A DNA stretch of 64,000 bases, from contig NC_027216.1 of NCBI RefSeq assembly GCF_000981445.1, positions 1,488,001 to 1,552,000 on the forward strand, given 5' to 3'. The notes below the pieces were generated by a model that saw only the letters and a program-made list of their open reading frames with translations, had not been told where the DNA came from and did no database searches. The position numbers were made by a program, and so were the translations under genes. Numbering within the stretch: the first letter of the stretch is position 1; each line of letters opens with the position of its first letter. Positions 38,306 through 50,802 of the stretch are shown here, piece by piece. The stretch is from Babesia bigemina (Eukaryota).

Positions 38306-39244
38306 TTATCGCTGGCCGTCCTGTCGTCGTTTTTTGCTGCGTTCTTCTACCTTTTTGCGCCAGGTGTCGTAGGAGAGGCCGGTGACGATCCCCTGCGCAT
38401 TCTCGCGGCCTTCGTCAGGATCCTGGAGCCCCTAAGTCAATGTTAAGACTGTGTTGCGATGGAGTACCTGTATCTTGATTCCATTATCGTCCTTCTCGAA
38501 GGTGGATAGCCCCTTCACGGTAAGGAAGGTTAGCGAGTATATGTTCCTGCACGTGTTGTTGTAGCCATTCTGCGGGTCTTCGTCGAGTACGAAGTCCCAG
38601 AACGAAACCGGCGTGCTCTGCGACGCCTCCAGCAACTTGTGCCTAACGGACTCAGTATGCTTCTCAGTCTCCAAGGTCTCGTTGTACTCGATCATCGTCG
38701 AAACCTCCCTGGTCGGACCGATAGTGGTGGTAGTGTGCGTTGGCTGCACGCGGCGGCGCTTCACCGACTGCGGCTGCTGCTCGCCGGCCGGTTGCGGCAG
38801 CGTGTCCCATGTGATCGGCGAGTAACCGAGGGTCCTGGAGGAGAAGAACTTCGAGAGCTTGGTGAAGTCTAGAGTGCGATCTGAGGGGTTTGATTGCGAT
38901 TGGATTTGCACGGGTTCTTCGCCATCCGCGAAGTTGTTGCAGAACGTCCTGAGGACCACGCCCAGCACCTCAAGCGCCGTTGCCTCATTGAGCCTCAGCG
39001 CTTTCGCCTTGATGATGGAAGACAGCTTCACGCCGTGCTCGAGCGCCTTGGAAATCCCGATGCGGGTCACCACGTTGCTGATGATGTACGCATCCTCGTC
39101 GATCGCCGAGTGCAGCTCCTTGTTGGCGTCGAAGGAAGACAGGCTGACGAAGTTCAGCTTGTCGATGGAATCCTCGATTATTTGGTGGTGTACATTGTCC
39201 ACGGAGTCCTGGGTCGCGCTTTCCGATTCACCTTCATTGTCCAT
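38306..39244 (-). CDS. NSE4: Smc5/6 kleisin Nse4-like protein, 2 exons
   Basis: Nse4_C-like block TEKHTESVRHKL..PVSFWDFVLD..YNNTCRNIYSLTFL..G, final exon QGIVTGLSYDTWRKKVE, N-terminal ELHSAIDEDAYII. Confidence 0.7.
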
Positions 39245-39325
39245 CGTTATTCGAACTGAGCGCCGCGCGGCGGGACGACGGCCGCCTAAGCGTTACTATA
39301 TATATGATATTATAACAGCACTGTT

Positions 39326-42300
39326 TTACTTAATACCGTTCGTGAGCCTCTGGAAGTTGTCGTACTGCACGGTGGTGAAGTTGTTCAGCGACTCGTCGAT
39401 CATCGCCATGATGCGGTCGATACACACGTCCTCCGACAGGTTGAGCATGAACCGCTCCCTGAGCATATCCAGGGTGTAGGCCGTTCCGGCCACGAAGCAC
39501 GGCATCTTGTACGCGCCAGTCATCATTTCGACCAGCAGCACGATGCGGTCCATGTACTTCCGGGCCTCCAGCAGACCGCGGATGACCAGAGTCTTGAAGT
39601 ACTCGAAGTTGTCCGAAGTCTCGCCACCCATCACATCAACGTACTCCTTGGTGAGCTTGAACGGCGACGTCTCGAAGCTGATGTTGCCAGGCGTGTTGGA
39701 CAGGCAGAACCCGTAGTCGATGTGGATGACGTGCCCCTCGCTGTCGAGCAGTATATTGCCGTTGTGCCTGTCCCTGATCTGCAGCAGGTAGGACACTACG
39801 GAATACGCTGCGTGGCTCTCGATGAAGTTCTTGCGCGCCTCGAAGAGGTTGTCGGCGAAGATGCGCTCGAACGCCTTGGCGATCGACTCCACGTTGAACT
39901 TGCGCTTCACAACGTCCACAGAGCACGTGTCGTGCAAAAACTCGATGATTCCGCAATTCGGCCCGGTCACGAGGATCTCGATGGGCCTCAGCCACAGCGG
40001 TAGCTGGGCGTTGGCGAAGATCTGCTGGAACAGCGTGAGCAGCTGGTTGACCATGTACTCCTGCCTGAGGTCGTCCCCTCCCTTGATGATTACAGCCTTC
40101 ACATTCCACGTTTCCAGCTTGCCGTAGGGGCTGTACTGCCTGATGCGCTTTTTCTTGTCGTCCAGCAACTCGGGGAATATGACCGCCTGGGCCTCCCGAG
40201 CTGACATCTTGCTGATGAGCGGGTATTTCGTCTCCACTACCGACTGCGACCTGGCGGGCGAGTGCTCGCTGCGGGCGCTGTTGTCGCCGTATTCGCTGCC
40301 TGCACCCAGTGACATTTCATGGACGGACGAAATGAGGAAGGAGGCGTCTTCGTCATCGCCTCCTCTCCAGCTGGCTATGGAACCGCTCTTGAACTCCTTC
40401 TTACGCTCCTCGTAGCGCTTCAGAACATCCGGTGGCAACATTCCCATGGTGTACCTGATGCAGTCCAGCGGGTTCTGTATGCAGGAGACGTCGGCGACGT
40501 CCAGCAGCCCGGATGACACCAGGTCCTTCACGATAGCCACATAGACACCGAGGTCCCTGAACGTGGCGTCAGTGATGGCATTACGGTCGTCTGAGCGTGA
40601 AATTTGCCTCACATCCTCATCCAGGTTTGCGATTTCAAAGTAGAACACGAAAGGCGCGCGTTTCTTGGATAGGAAGATCTTTGTTTCCTCCTCTACGATG
40701 CGCAGGAACTGGAATGGAATGCCTGTGCGTTTGTCCCTTCCCATTTTACGCATGGGCAGAGACAGCCCCTTATATGCGAAGCTTTCCTCGTAGGCTGCGA
40801 CGGTGCAGCGCTGCATCAGCATCCACTCGTTCATCGACTTCGCGAATAGCGCCAGCAGCGGTTGCCGCGCGTCACGCTTTGACACGGTGGTCAGCAACTT
40901 AGAGATGTCCATGCACAGCTTGACGAAGTTGCTAAGCATGTTGAAATAGTCGAGTCTGCGCTGCTTCAGCATCAGCCGTTCCAGCTCGAACTGCATTGAG
41001 TCGGGGCAGTCGACATACGGGTGCAGGTCCAACTCCAGAGGATTTCCGATCTTGGCGTAGGGAGTGTGGAATTTCGCTTTGGAGGTAGCACACGTCAGCA
41101 CCATCGCACTGTTGTTCAGTTGCGAGGGCAGCTTGGGTCTGTCCAACAAATCTACCTCGGTCGATGTATTGAAGCCACTGTCGTGCCCAGCACGTATCGC
41201 CCGTATAATAACCCTGCGAATTAGCAGGCCCTTGGAGCACAGGTTGAGCTCCCTGTCCTCAGTTGGAGGCAGGCAGGTCGCCACCGGTGATATGAGCTTG
41301 CTGTTGACGACAGCCATCTCCGTTTCCTGCGTCATTTTTTGCGCCAGGTGGCCGATCTTCGACGCTTGGTCCGATATAATGGCCTGATAGAACCACGACA
41401 GCTTCAGAGCGAAATGCATCGAAGTGGACGCTTTGTCCAACAGGAACCTGTGAAGCGACGATTTGCCGTATTTTGAAATCGAGAGCTGGCAGAGCTGCGG
41501 CAAGTAGAACATCACCTCGTTGTCTGTGCGCTTCGAGTACAGGAGGTTCACCAGATATTCGTGCACGCCCGCCTCCTTCTTGTAATAGAGATGGTGCATG
41601 TGCATATAGGCGTCGAAGTAGTCGTTTTGGTAGAGCTGCAGCAAGCTCCCCGAGTCCACTATGAAGTCGGTGATGTCGAGCGGATTCTCGCTGGTGCCCG
41701 GTGTCACATTATCACTGCGTTTTCGTGAAGATTTGTTAGACACATTGTACAACTTTGGGGTTGAGTCGCCTTGAGTTGATTCGGCCCCAGCTTCGCTGTT
41801 CGCAGCGCTGATCTTCGACGTCTCCGAACCTGACGGCTCATCCGACTGCACGGAATCCTGACGTTCACGATCATCCGTCTCCAGAGATTCCGATTGGGTT
41901 GATTTCTCAGGACGAGGAGTATCGGCGCGGAAGTCTTCCTCACTGTCGCTGCTGTTGGGCGAGTAGCGGGAATCATCCGAATCACCCTTGATCACCTCGA
42001 ATTTCTGGCGGTCGACCTGTGACACCGTATGAGGAGACTCATCGCGTTGTTCATCATCTGAAGATTCGGCAACGTCTGCATTGGATGGCTGGTCTCCGTA
42101 CATGATGTCGTCTGTTTTGTCAAAGTTCCTGGGGGTAACCGATTGGTCCGACCGTGGCGATTCAGCATGCTGGTCCTCACCCCTGGTGTATAATTCATCA
42201 TCTGTGTCATCGCGATGTCGTTCTGACATTCTTAACATGTCTGCGGGAGATTGGTCCCTAGATGACACATCTACAGATCTGTCTGTAAAACTTTGTTCAC

Positions 42301-43672
42301 CCTCATCCTCCGTGTATGATAGGCGCTTACGCTCATATAATAATCGCTCTTCATTGTAAGCTAATTGTGACTGTTGATCAACATCCAACTCATATTCGCC
42401 GCTACCTAGGACCATTGGCGCAGCAAGGTCTGCAGCCAATTTGGAACGCTCTCTATCACTTTCATCGTCTGCTTGCTCCATGTCACTAGACGATTCAGGA
42501 GCTTCATCCTTCATTTCAACACCAGACTGTCCCACCACGCTAGCATATTTAGAATCGTCAAACTCGTCTTCGTCATCTAGCTTGTCCACAACGCTGGAAG
42601 TCCTGGAATACGTGCCCTCAATCTCAGGATCGGATTGATCTACCGCATTAGCATCATTGACGTAGCCAGCATCGGCATCTAGGTGTTCCATCTCAGCAGC
42701 CGCCATGTGCTCAGGTTCATCTTCATCGTAATTCTCATCCATTGGCTCCGTGGAATGTTTCGTATCGACATCAAACTGCTCATCATCACTCGATTCTTTG
42801 GCATCCTCATTGACGTCATCTACTTCTTCAATGAAGCTGGTAGACCTAGAACGCCTCTCCTCCAATACGGCAGCAGACTGTTCCTCCTCAATAGGATCAT
42901 TGACAGGTTTATCTTCGACATCAACTATGGACTGCTGACTTTGATCGTGTGATACTGACATATCTTCTTCGTCGATGTGGACTCGCTCCGTGTAACTACC
43001 GGGAGTATCGTCCTCTCTTCTGCCCTCGACATATTCCGACTCTACCTCATCAGGCTGATACGCGGATTCGTCAACCTCCTGATTTAACACGGCGTCCGAC
43101 TCACTAAGTGTGTCTGATTGCCGTGCGCTACTGTTTACATTCACTCTTTCTTCGAGTTCCGCCGCATCGTCCTCATGAAATGGTTGCACATCGTGGCTTT
43201 CCTTGATATTGGACCCATTGAAGGTATCAATAGCGATGTTAGCAGCCTCTTCCATTCTCGGTGTAACTTGTTTAGACTCAATTTCTGACTGTTCTGGCTC
43301 GTAAGGGTACGAATTACGTGTTTCACCCTCAACAGACTCAACTAAGTCATCGCCGTTGCTACCGTCCACCTCATCATCTACGACATCGGGAATAGTTCCA
43401 TATTCTTCTTTCGAGTGTCTATCATAGCTCTGCTCTACACCGGTCTGAGCATCCGGAGCTGCCTCCACCGATCCTACCTGTACCTGCAAGTCATCGTGTT
43501 CTGAATCCTGGTGGTCCATGTTAGAGGCCGGCTCTGTGTTTTCATGAGAATTACCATTAGACGCTTCATAGCCGTTGGAGGGCATGCCTGGCTCAGCGTC
43601 AACGGTTTCAGTCAAACTTGCGTCGAACACCTCAACGGCTTCGCCGTCATGTGTATGCGAATTTTCCTCCAT
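39326..43672 (-). CDS. PI4KB: Phosphatidylinositol 4-kinase III beta with long acidic N-terminal extension
   Basis: [81 protein letters not shown]. Single ORF; first ATG at 43672. Confidence 0.95.
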   Translation of the reverse strand: MEENSHTHDGEAVEVFDASLTETVDAEPGMPSNGYEASNGNSHENTEPASNMDHQDSEHDDLQVQVGSVEAAPDAQTGVEQSYDRHSKEEYGTIPDVVDDEVDGSNGDDLVESVEGETRNSYPYEPEQSEIESKQVTPRMEEAANIAIDTFNGSNIKESHDVQPFHEDDAAELEERVNVNSSARQSDTLSESDAVLNQEVDESAYQPDEVESEYVEGRREDDTPGSYTERVHIDEEDMSVSHDQSQQSIVDVEDKPVNDPIEEEQSAAVLEERRSRSTSFIEEVDDVNEDAKESSDDEQFDVDTKHSTEPMDENYDEDEPEHMAAAEMEHLDADAGYVNDANAVDQSDPEIEGTYSRTSSVVDKLDDEDEFDDSKYASVVGQSGVEMKDEAPESSSDMEQADDESDRERSKLAADLAAPMVLGSGEYELDVDQQSQLAYNEERLLYERKRLSYTEDEGEQSFTDRSVDVSSRDQSPADMLRMSERHRDDTDDELYTRGEDQHAESPRSDQSVTPRNFDKTDDIMYGDQPSNADVAESSDDEQRDESPHTVSQVDRQKFEVIKGDSDDSRYSPNSSDSEEDFRADTPRPEKSTQSESLETDDRERQDSVQSDEPSGSETSKISAANSEAGAESTQGDSTPKLYNVSNKSSRKRSDNVTPGTSENPLDITDFIVDSGSLLQLYQNDYFDAYMHMHHLYYKKEAGVHEYLVNLLYSKRTDNEVMFYLPQLCQLSISKYGKSSLHRFLLDKASTSMHFALKLSWFYQAIISDQASKIGHLAQKMTQETEMAVVNSKLISPVATCLPPTEDRELNLCSKGLLIRRVIIRAIRAGHDSGFNTSTEVDLLDRPKLPSQLNNSAMVLTCATSKAKFHTPYAKIGNPLELDLHPYVDCPDSMQFELERLMLKQRRLDYFNMLSNFVKLCMDISKLLTTVSKRDARQPLLALFAKSMNEWMLMQRCTVAAYEESFAYKGLSLPMRKMGRDKRTGIPFQFLRIVEEETKIFLSKKRAPFVFYFEIANLDEDVRQISRSDDRNAITDATFRDLGVYVAIVKDLVSSGLLDVADVSCIQNPLDCIRYTMGMLPPDVLKRYEERKKEFKSGSIASWRGGDDEDASFLISSVHEMSLGAGSEYGDNSARSEHSPARSQSVVETKYPLISKMSAREAQAVIFPELLDDKKKRIRQYSPYGKLETWNVKAVIIKGGDDLRQEYMVNQLLTLFQQIFANAQLPLWLRPIEILVTGPNCGIIEFLHDTCSVDVVKRKFNVESIAKAFERIFADNLFEARKNFIESHAAYSVVSYLLQIRDRHNGNILLDSEGHVIHIDYGFCLSNTPGNISFETSPFKLTKEYVDVMGGETSDNFEYFKTLVIRGLLEARKYMDRIVLLVEMMTGAYKMPCFVAGTAYTLDMLRERFMLNLSEDVCIDRIMAMIDESLNNFTTVQYDNFQRLTNGIK

Positions 43673-44499
43673 TCTCGGGCTGGCAGGATATTTCCTTTGC
43701 AAATAATCGGTTTGTTGCGCCAACTAAATGGCCATGCCCTGCAATGTTTCCCTATTCGATAGAGTATGCCACTTTGGCCCTGAGAGGCCGGCAAGTGATG
43801 GACGCTGAGATGACCGGCCAGATCAAATCAATACGGTCAGTATTGTTCCATTATTGCGATACTTGTATGGTCACAAGAAGGCGAATTCGATGTTCAGCGT
43901 TGAACTGATCACTTCGTCACTTGCATATGCAGGCGTAACACCACGCAACGGCCACTAAGTACGGCCTTTCGGAGGTGTGTATTTTTTCGTTGCATTAACG
44001 AAATTTCGCGAATTTGCGTAGCCGTTTTGAGCATAAATAAGTCTGTTTCTGATTTTCAGAATAGTATTTTGACAGCCCATTCAATGGTTACTTGACACAA
44101 TCCTCGCACATTTCGGGTTCCCGTGTACTATCGAGCAGAAGTACTACTACTGTAATTATATCCTTCGTATTAGTATGTGAAATTGTCGCAGAATCTCTAT
44201 TCTTAGGCCAACTTTTGTATGTCAGTATGTCCTTCATGATGTGATCAGTACGAACATGAAATGCCGGCTAATCTGCCAGCGTGTAGTTTCAAGTTGCGTC
44301 TTTAAGCAGCTCAGTGAAAATTCACTCTGCGTGGCGGCTAAACCCGCCTAGCGCCTTTGCCATTGTGGCAAAGGTTTATATGCTCATCAAACTATAACAC
44401 ATTTGATGCACCAATACTATACGACATTCCACCGTCATTGAGAACGTGTTAGATCATCTGTGTGTGTCTGTTCCCGGGTGAAATAGATATTGCTGCCCA

Positions 44500-45234
44500 A
44501 TGAAAACTCCGACAAGAAAGAATCTGTTTGGGTCCAGCATGCTACCGGATGACCTTACACATGCCACAGACTCATATAACGTTTCACTTGCAAGCAGATC
44601 GTCTAATCCGTTCTATAGAGCAACGATATTAGACGATGACACCTTAGCTCAGAGCTCATCTGCAAGAAACAGCTACGATGTGCTTAACAGTCCATCGTGG
44701 CGGAAGAAACGATCTTTCCAGAGAGAGATACCAACTCAAAGTTCAGTCAACAGTAATAAGAGGTCGAAGATGCATCACTGCACACCAGTAATGAACGGTG
44801 CGCTCAATGAAGGAATATCGTTGCCCAGGTTGGTTTTTATTTTCAATTTATACATGCATTCTGGCATTTATGGAGGTGTATTAAATGGAGACTGCATCTC
44901 TGTCGTATTTTCAGCTGCATTTTAGTTATCTTAATTGACATTCAGTGGTGCATCTGTATGGAGACAGCACTCTTACTTGCTTGCGAAGTTGAGCGAACAT
45001 CAGCAAAGGGCCGACAAGGTGGGTGTAGACATAGGATTGACTTATGTTCAGACGTTGGTGGATATTTCGCTATTGTTGAGAGATGTGGACAAGTGTAATA
45101 TGCAATTAAAAGAAGCTTTCCTGTTGCACTGACTCATGAGTAAATGTTTCATTTAGGAGTGCAACTCATGTAGCATGTACGCTTTTCTGCAAAAAATAGA
45201 AGAATCCAAGCGTATGGAGAACAGTAAAAGTTAA
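44500..45234 (+). CDS. Hypothetical protein, disordered N-terminus plus helical C-terminus, multi-exon (3' end uncertain)
   Basis: ORF 44500-44828 is joined by intron 44829-44945 to SGASVWRQHSYLLAKLSEHQQRADK, then by intron ~45019-45051 to TLVDISLLLRDVDKCNMQLKE. A possible last exon ends at 45234. Confidence 0.6.
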
Positions 45235-45552
45235 TATAACATGCGTAAAAAATAATCAATTTAATTATATTCTAAAATCATTATATTTTGTCGTGTTGGC
45301 GCTATGTTCTTTAAAAACATTATTACCATAACACTGAATTTCCATTAGAACACAACGTTTCTATGCTTCATATGAGATGTTGCAGTGGGATGTACTAGTG
45401 GATATTGTAATAATAAAGGAGAGCATTTTTAGATGTCACGTCCCATATTCCTGTAATGTATAGAGAGATGGTAATTCATACCGCTACAGAAATTAATATA
45501 GGCAGTTTTAAGTTATATAATGACTTATCAGTTAAGGTAAACCATATATACA

Positions 45553-45921
45553 TTAGTCATATATATCTTCGCGATCTAGGGTAGGGTAGTAACCACTGAA
45601 GTAAGAACGCAATTTGTCCAAGGGGGAGTTCGGCGCCCAGACGAGAATATATATGATGTAAACGATGGCAATGATGACCATCGGGGTGGTCATGAGAATG
45701 ATTTTGTGGGTCCTACAACATCTACACCAACACTTCCACATGTCTGGGCATCTGGTCTTACATCCTCCGGCGGGGCATTCATAGTGCTTGTTTTTACATG
45801 TGTCCACACTATGAGGGCAGTCACCATCCTTACATTTCGGACAACACCAAGTACAACACTTACATCCATTATCATCGCAGTCGAAGTTTGGACATTCACA
45901 CCTCTGTGACGTCAACACCAT
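45553..45921 (-). CDS. Cysteine-rich single-pass membrane protein (122 aa)
   Basis: 18 Cys in the first ~69 residues, then a TM helix (IILMTTPMVIIAIVYIIYILVW) and a Tyr-rich tail. Intact ORF in AT-rich DNA. A canonical 41-nt GTACGT..AAG intron (45928-45968) lies just upstream of the ATG. Confidence 0.8.
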   Translation of the reverse strand: MVLTSQRCECPNFDCDDNGCKCCTWCCPKCKDGDCPHSVDTCKNKHYECPAGGCKTRCPDMWKCWCRCCRTHKIILMTTPMVIIAIVYIIYILVWAPNSPLDKLRSYFSGYYPTLDREDIYD

Positions 45922-48813
45922 CCTCAACTTAAAAAGGAATATATGCTGCTGAATAAGGACAAACGTACTTGCAGATTCAGATTGCGAAAATGATCGTATT
46001 TAACGCACTTTTATATCTTTTGACTAAGGGTTTTGTTGGAGTTCCTCAAAATATTATCGTAATGATTTATGGACTGCATGGTAGATAGGTTTAGCATGGA
46101 AGAAAAACACACGCTATTCCGGCCAATACAAAACTGTTATTCTTTTCACAGTATATTTAGTGTTATAATTAGTTTTTCCAGAAGTCGAAACCGTCAATCC
46201 TATCGTCTCTATTCTGCGTCACGCGAGGTGAAGAATGTAGACAGTGCCTAAAATGTTAAACATCAGCATGACCACGTTTCATGCTGCAATTGTGAGGGAA
46301 TTATTTGAGAAAGATACATTGAACTCCGAAGAATTCCATACGAATATGTCTAATGCCTTTGTGACGAACTGAGAATTAAATGTACCGCTGGACGTTTGTA
46401 TTTACGACTTTGCAGTATCTTTGTTCCGTCAACACATACGTATATACCATCATGCGCTACAATATGCAGGGCATATCACTATAAAACATATATAGATGTG
46501 AGATATGTGTTTTTGACGCCGTTCATACGGATTATGCTGCGTCAGATATTCTACGGGTTCCATCTGTTGCAATGACAGAGGAAAGTATGAAATAAGAACC
46601 TAAAAATCATCAATAGAAAGTTCATGGATTTGTGTTGATTGATTTAGATGTCTATTAATTACTGCTATCGTCAGATAAATGGTAAATTCCTTTAACACAT
46701 GTGCCATAAACGATGCCGGAATTTAGTCCAAAATGCGTCGCAAACGTCATACGAATCGCTTTATAAGACACTACACGTAGTCATAGTCGAAATATTTTAA
46801 AGCATGTAATCAATCATATCCGTTTAGTTGCAAATTTCCGCAACATCTTTCATGATATCGGTGATAGATTTAATGGTCGTTCAAACATGCGACGCTTGCA
46901 TCTTTATGTATTATTAATAATCGATATTGGGAGGTGACGTATGAGACATTATGCGGTCCAAAATATTACGTATAGTTGAAAATATGGTTACATACTGGGC
47001 GCCATGTTGGTGTACCCAATCTAGTTTATCCGCAGGGGATATTAGTACCAATTATTTTAACTAACTGTTCAAGCCCTACTTATACTTGTGTTTGTAATAA
47101 ATGTGAGCTCGTACAATCCTGAATTAATGCAGTGCCAATGCATATCGATGCCGAATAATCTAAACACGGTTACCCATGATTGTAAGAAATGTATTGTTTA
47201 ACAATAAAAGATTAACACGCCATAACCTGTAAATCTATTAAATAGATACGAGAGTGTATGTGTATTAATGACGTAATAAACAATAAAACGACGTATGTTC
47301 TCCGGCTGTCTAGTCTACGCTGCTCGTCATGTTTGGTGGAGTAGTTATATGAATGTTGAAAGAGGTGGACATACGATTGTAACGATTCAATCATACAGAT
47401 ATTGTAATCATTGCGTCATATCGGATCATGAAATATGCTCATCTACTTACTTAATTCCATTAAGCAAAGCATATAAGGCTAGATCGAGGCGGTAAAATGA
47501 ATGCCATTTTACATTTTAGTCGCAAAATTTTCCAGATAGCATCAAAAGAATACGTACCTATATAGCTCTTTGTGATTCGCTAAAACTCATCTCTGACGCA
47601 GAAGCATATTAGTCGGGGCTCTGGCTGAAGTTCCGTTATTCAGGTGAATGAAGGTGGTACAGGCACATGATGTGTACTGTAATCTGCAGTGTATCTGTGA
47701 GATAATTTGTATGCAATATATAGGCTGTAGATATGTGATTTGTGGGCTGCTGAGCAACTGTCGTGCTTGTTGAATGTTCACACTAACAGTCCAAGTCTAC
47801 AATGGCATTCAATTGCAATAATTTGTTATAGATTCGCTAAGTTTACGTGGTTTGATTGAGAACATCTAATGCGTATGCCACATAACGCTCAGCGCGCAAA
47901 TTATTTTATGCGCAATACAACTGAGAAGTCAAGGGTTCATAACAGTAATCCGCAACGTTGCATACAACTAACGAGCAGACAACACGTTCATATTTATAGG
48001 CTAGCATTATTTTGTCAAATTAAGGAACTCGCAATTTGTTTTGACAATACTAGTGCTCATTATAAAAAGTTATTTATCCAATACTTTGTTTGAAAAATTG
48101 TCATTCAATTAAAGTAAACAATTTTCAACTGTTATTTGTTTGGGCAAAAAGCAACATCCAACATAGAATTATAAACTCTACTAAACCAACTTGCGCAAAT
48201 AGAATGGATTCTATAGCGCGTCTTTGAGGCCCCTGGGGTATGTTGGCACAATGATTGCCATCCGGCACGCTGTTCTGATGGTAACTGACACGACGTTGGT
48301 CAACGGCGAAAACAACATTTTCGGGGTCAGTTAGTCGAGTTAAACGTCAGTGATTATGTGCACCACCTGAGAAATTCACGGCAGACATATTCATAGCCGC
48401 ATTGCGGTGTATATACTCGTTGTTGTACGTCAACCGTTGTCTGAATTTTTAGCAATTGAAGTTTTTCTTTGCGTTCATTAATGTCCTATGCTCACTTCTA
48501 TTTGCATAAATAATAAATTTCTTTTCATCCTTGACAAAAATTTTTTTGCGTTAATAAATTCAATCGTGAATTACGGAGTGAACAACGAATAGTTTTGTTT
48601 CTCATGCCACCAAGTGTAGCATAACTGTCATACTAAGAGATTTTTCACGGACTGATTAAACATAGACAACAGAATGTGGCAATGTATCAATGAGTCATTG
48701 TCGTATGAGTATCATAGACGTCAGTGAGAACTCATTATGTATAAGATCTCTAACCATCAAACCGCGCAAAACACCAAAAAGTAGACCCCTGATGTAACAG
48801 TGCCGCAAGAAAT

Positions 48814-50281
48814 TTAATTTGATGGTGATGATGACGATACAGGTAATGGTTTTGCTTTCTCTTCGTGTTCCTTATTTGTTGATTCCACATTGCCCCTATC
48901 ACTTTTATATGTAGCAAATAATGCTCCATAACAAAGAACATTAAGTAATGTCCCTGCCAATATAATGTACATCATAGATTTTCTCAGGGCTTCCGAATTT
49001 CTCTCTTTAATATCCGTAGCCATTGTATCAAACGACTCCCTGGAGGGGACATAGCCGAACACCTTCTCCGTCAAATATGCACAAACCTGGAAGAGAACCA
49101 CGCTGCTTGCTATTCCGGATATGGTACGAATCATGGCAGCTGCTGTGCCTTGATATTTATCTTCAATTGCTTTTTTCAGAAGGGCCCTATCCACACCACC
49201 AACAGTTACCAATGTACCACCTAGCGCCGCCAACTCTATATAGTGATACCAAAGCAACTTACTACATGGTGGTTTCCCTAAGAAAAATAATAGGCACACA
49301 ACCAGTCGGACTACCATCACTGCGATACCAGAACCTAGTTCTCCGGGGCCGTCAGCTTCTTTCGCAATTAGCTTTATAATTTCACCGCCAGCACCGCTAC
49401 CCGCTGCTCCGCCAATCAACGTAACTGCAACGGCAACTCCGGCCATCGTGTCAGATACGCCCAAATATTGCAAGTATATGGTCATATAATTAAAAGCAGA
49501 CATTGGAGCTTCTGCGATGAATAATGTAAATATCAAAATCCATGTTGTTGATCTCCTAAAAGCTCCTTCAAAGGATCCACGTAACAGTGCCGTAAAACCA
49601 TCCGTAGATTGTAAACGCTCAGCTTTCATTCCAAATATAATTGCCGTACCAAACAATATCCATATGTAGCCTAACACAACGTAGGACGTGCGCCAGCCAT
49701 AATATCCCAATAATACTTTGCGTGCAATAAGGGTGGTTATGACAGCGCATAGCAATCTTCCAATGCAATTTAAAGCCTGAAATATGGTGAACATACCACT
49801 AGCCTTTGATTCCCTTTCTTTCTTGTCTCCCACTGAACTAGTTGAATCAGCAACAATCTTTTGTTGCACAGGGTAGACGCAGGCAAATCCAAAGCCGTGT
49901 AAAAAGCGCAAGAACACAATCTGCAAGTGCATTTACAGCGTAAAAACCATAACTTACCACTTTGTAATGTGACGCGGAACTTAAGAATATCGAAGCCATT
50001 CCCATCACCAACAGACCTCCACCAAGTACTAAGTTAGAATTATAACTGTCAACCAGCAACCCCCAAATTATGCAGCACCCCATGCGGGACATAGTAGATA
50101 CGGTTGCCAATGTAGACAACTGAGACTGAGAAAAACCCAATGTCAACTCGAAAGCCCTCATACACATGGACAACACCTGCTGGTCGTAGCCTTCAAAGAA
50201 AGACACCAAGTTGTACAGTGATTTGCCCAAAGTATCATACTTAGATTCTACAGGCGTACCTACTTGCGACTGATGCGCCAT
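48814..50281 (-). CDS. Major facilitator superfamily transporter, 2 exons
   Basis: Exon 50281-49958, 37-nt intron 49921-49957, exon 49920-48814. About 12 hydrophobic segments, TM1 FFEGYDQQVL, motif A-like WGLLVDSY, FLRFLHGFGFA, YYGWRTSY. Confidence 0.92.
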
Positions 50282-50802
50282 AGTTGCTTTACCGCTATAT
50301 CATTCGCCCCTTCTAAAATGTATTTCTAATATACAGCTATTAGTATATCATATGCGTCAGGAAAAGAAATATCAAGATTGAGTATCGCATGTGGTACTGT
50401 GTAGTGAGTTTTATAACAGTCAAATCGAGGTTAAGGTGGCAATAGATATGGTGTGCAGGAGTCTACAAGGTTATAGGTGATGTGATTGTCATCCACAATT
50501 CATTTCACCCCAGAATGATAACCTAGCTCAACTAGCGCAAAGTCACAAATGTCAAGGAACTCGTTCATCATGAATAAGTTAAAAAGTGACAAACTATTTT
50601 ATAAAAAAATATTTCCCAAAGGAGATACGAATATTCGATTCTGCTCTAGACAACCGCCTTCACAATGTAATCACAAATGTACTTCACGGGGCCCACAAAA
50701 TTGTAGTACCTTAGAACAGTTAAACGATACCAATCACGCTAGTATATGCCTTACTTCAACAGACCAATTACAGCTAGTAGTAGATGGTAACCCTCTCCTT
50801 AA

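Noticed and set aside
48250..48372. ATGATT...CTGA and TGATT...CTGA box C/D-like words
   Set aside because: Box C is imperfect, there is no clear terminal stem, and no rRNA-complementary guide could be identified by eye.
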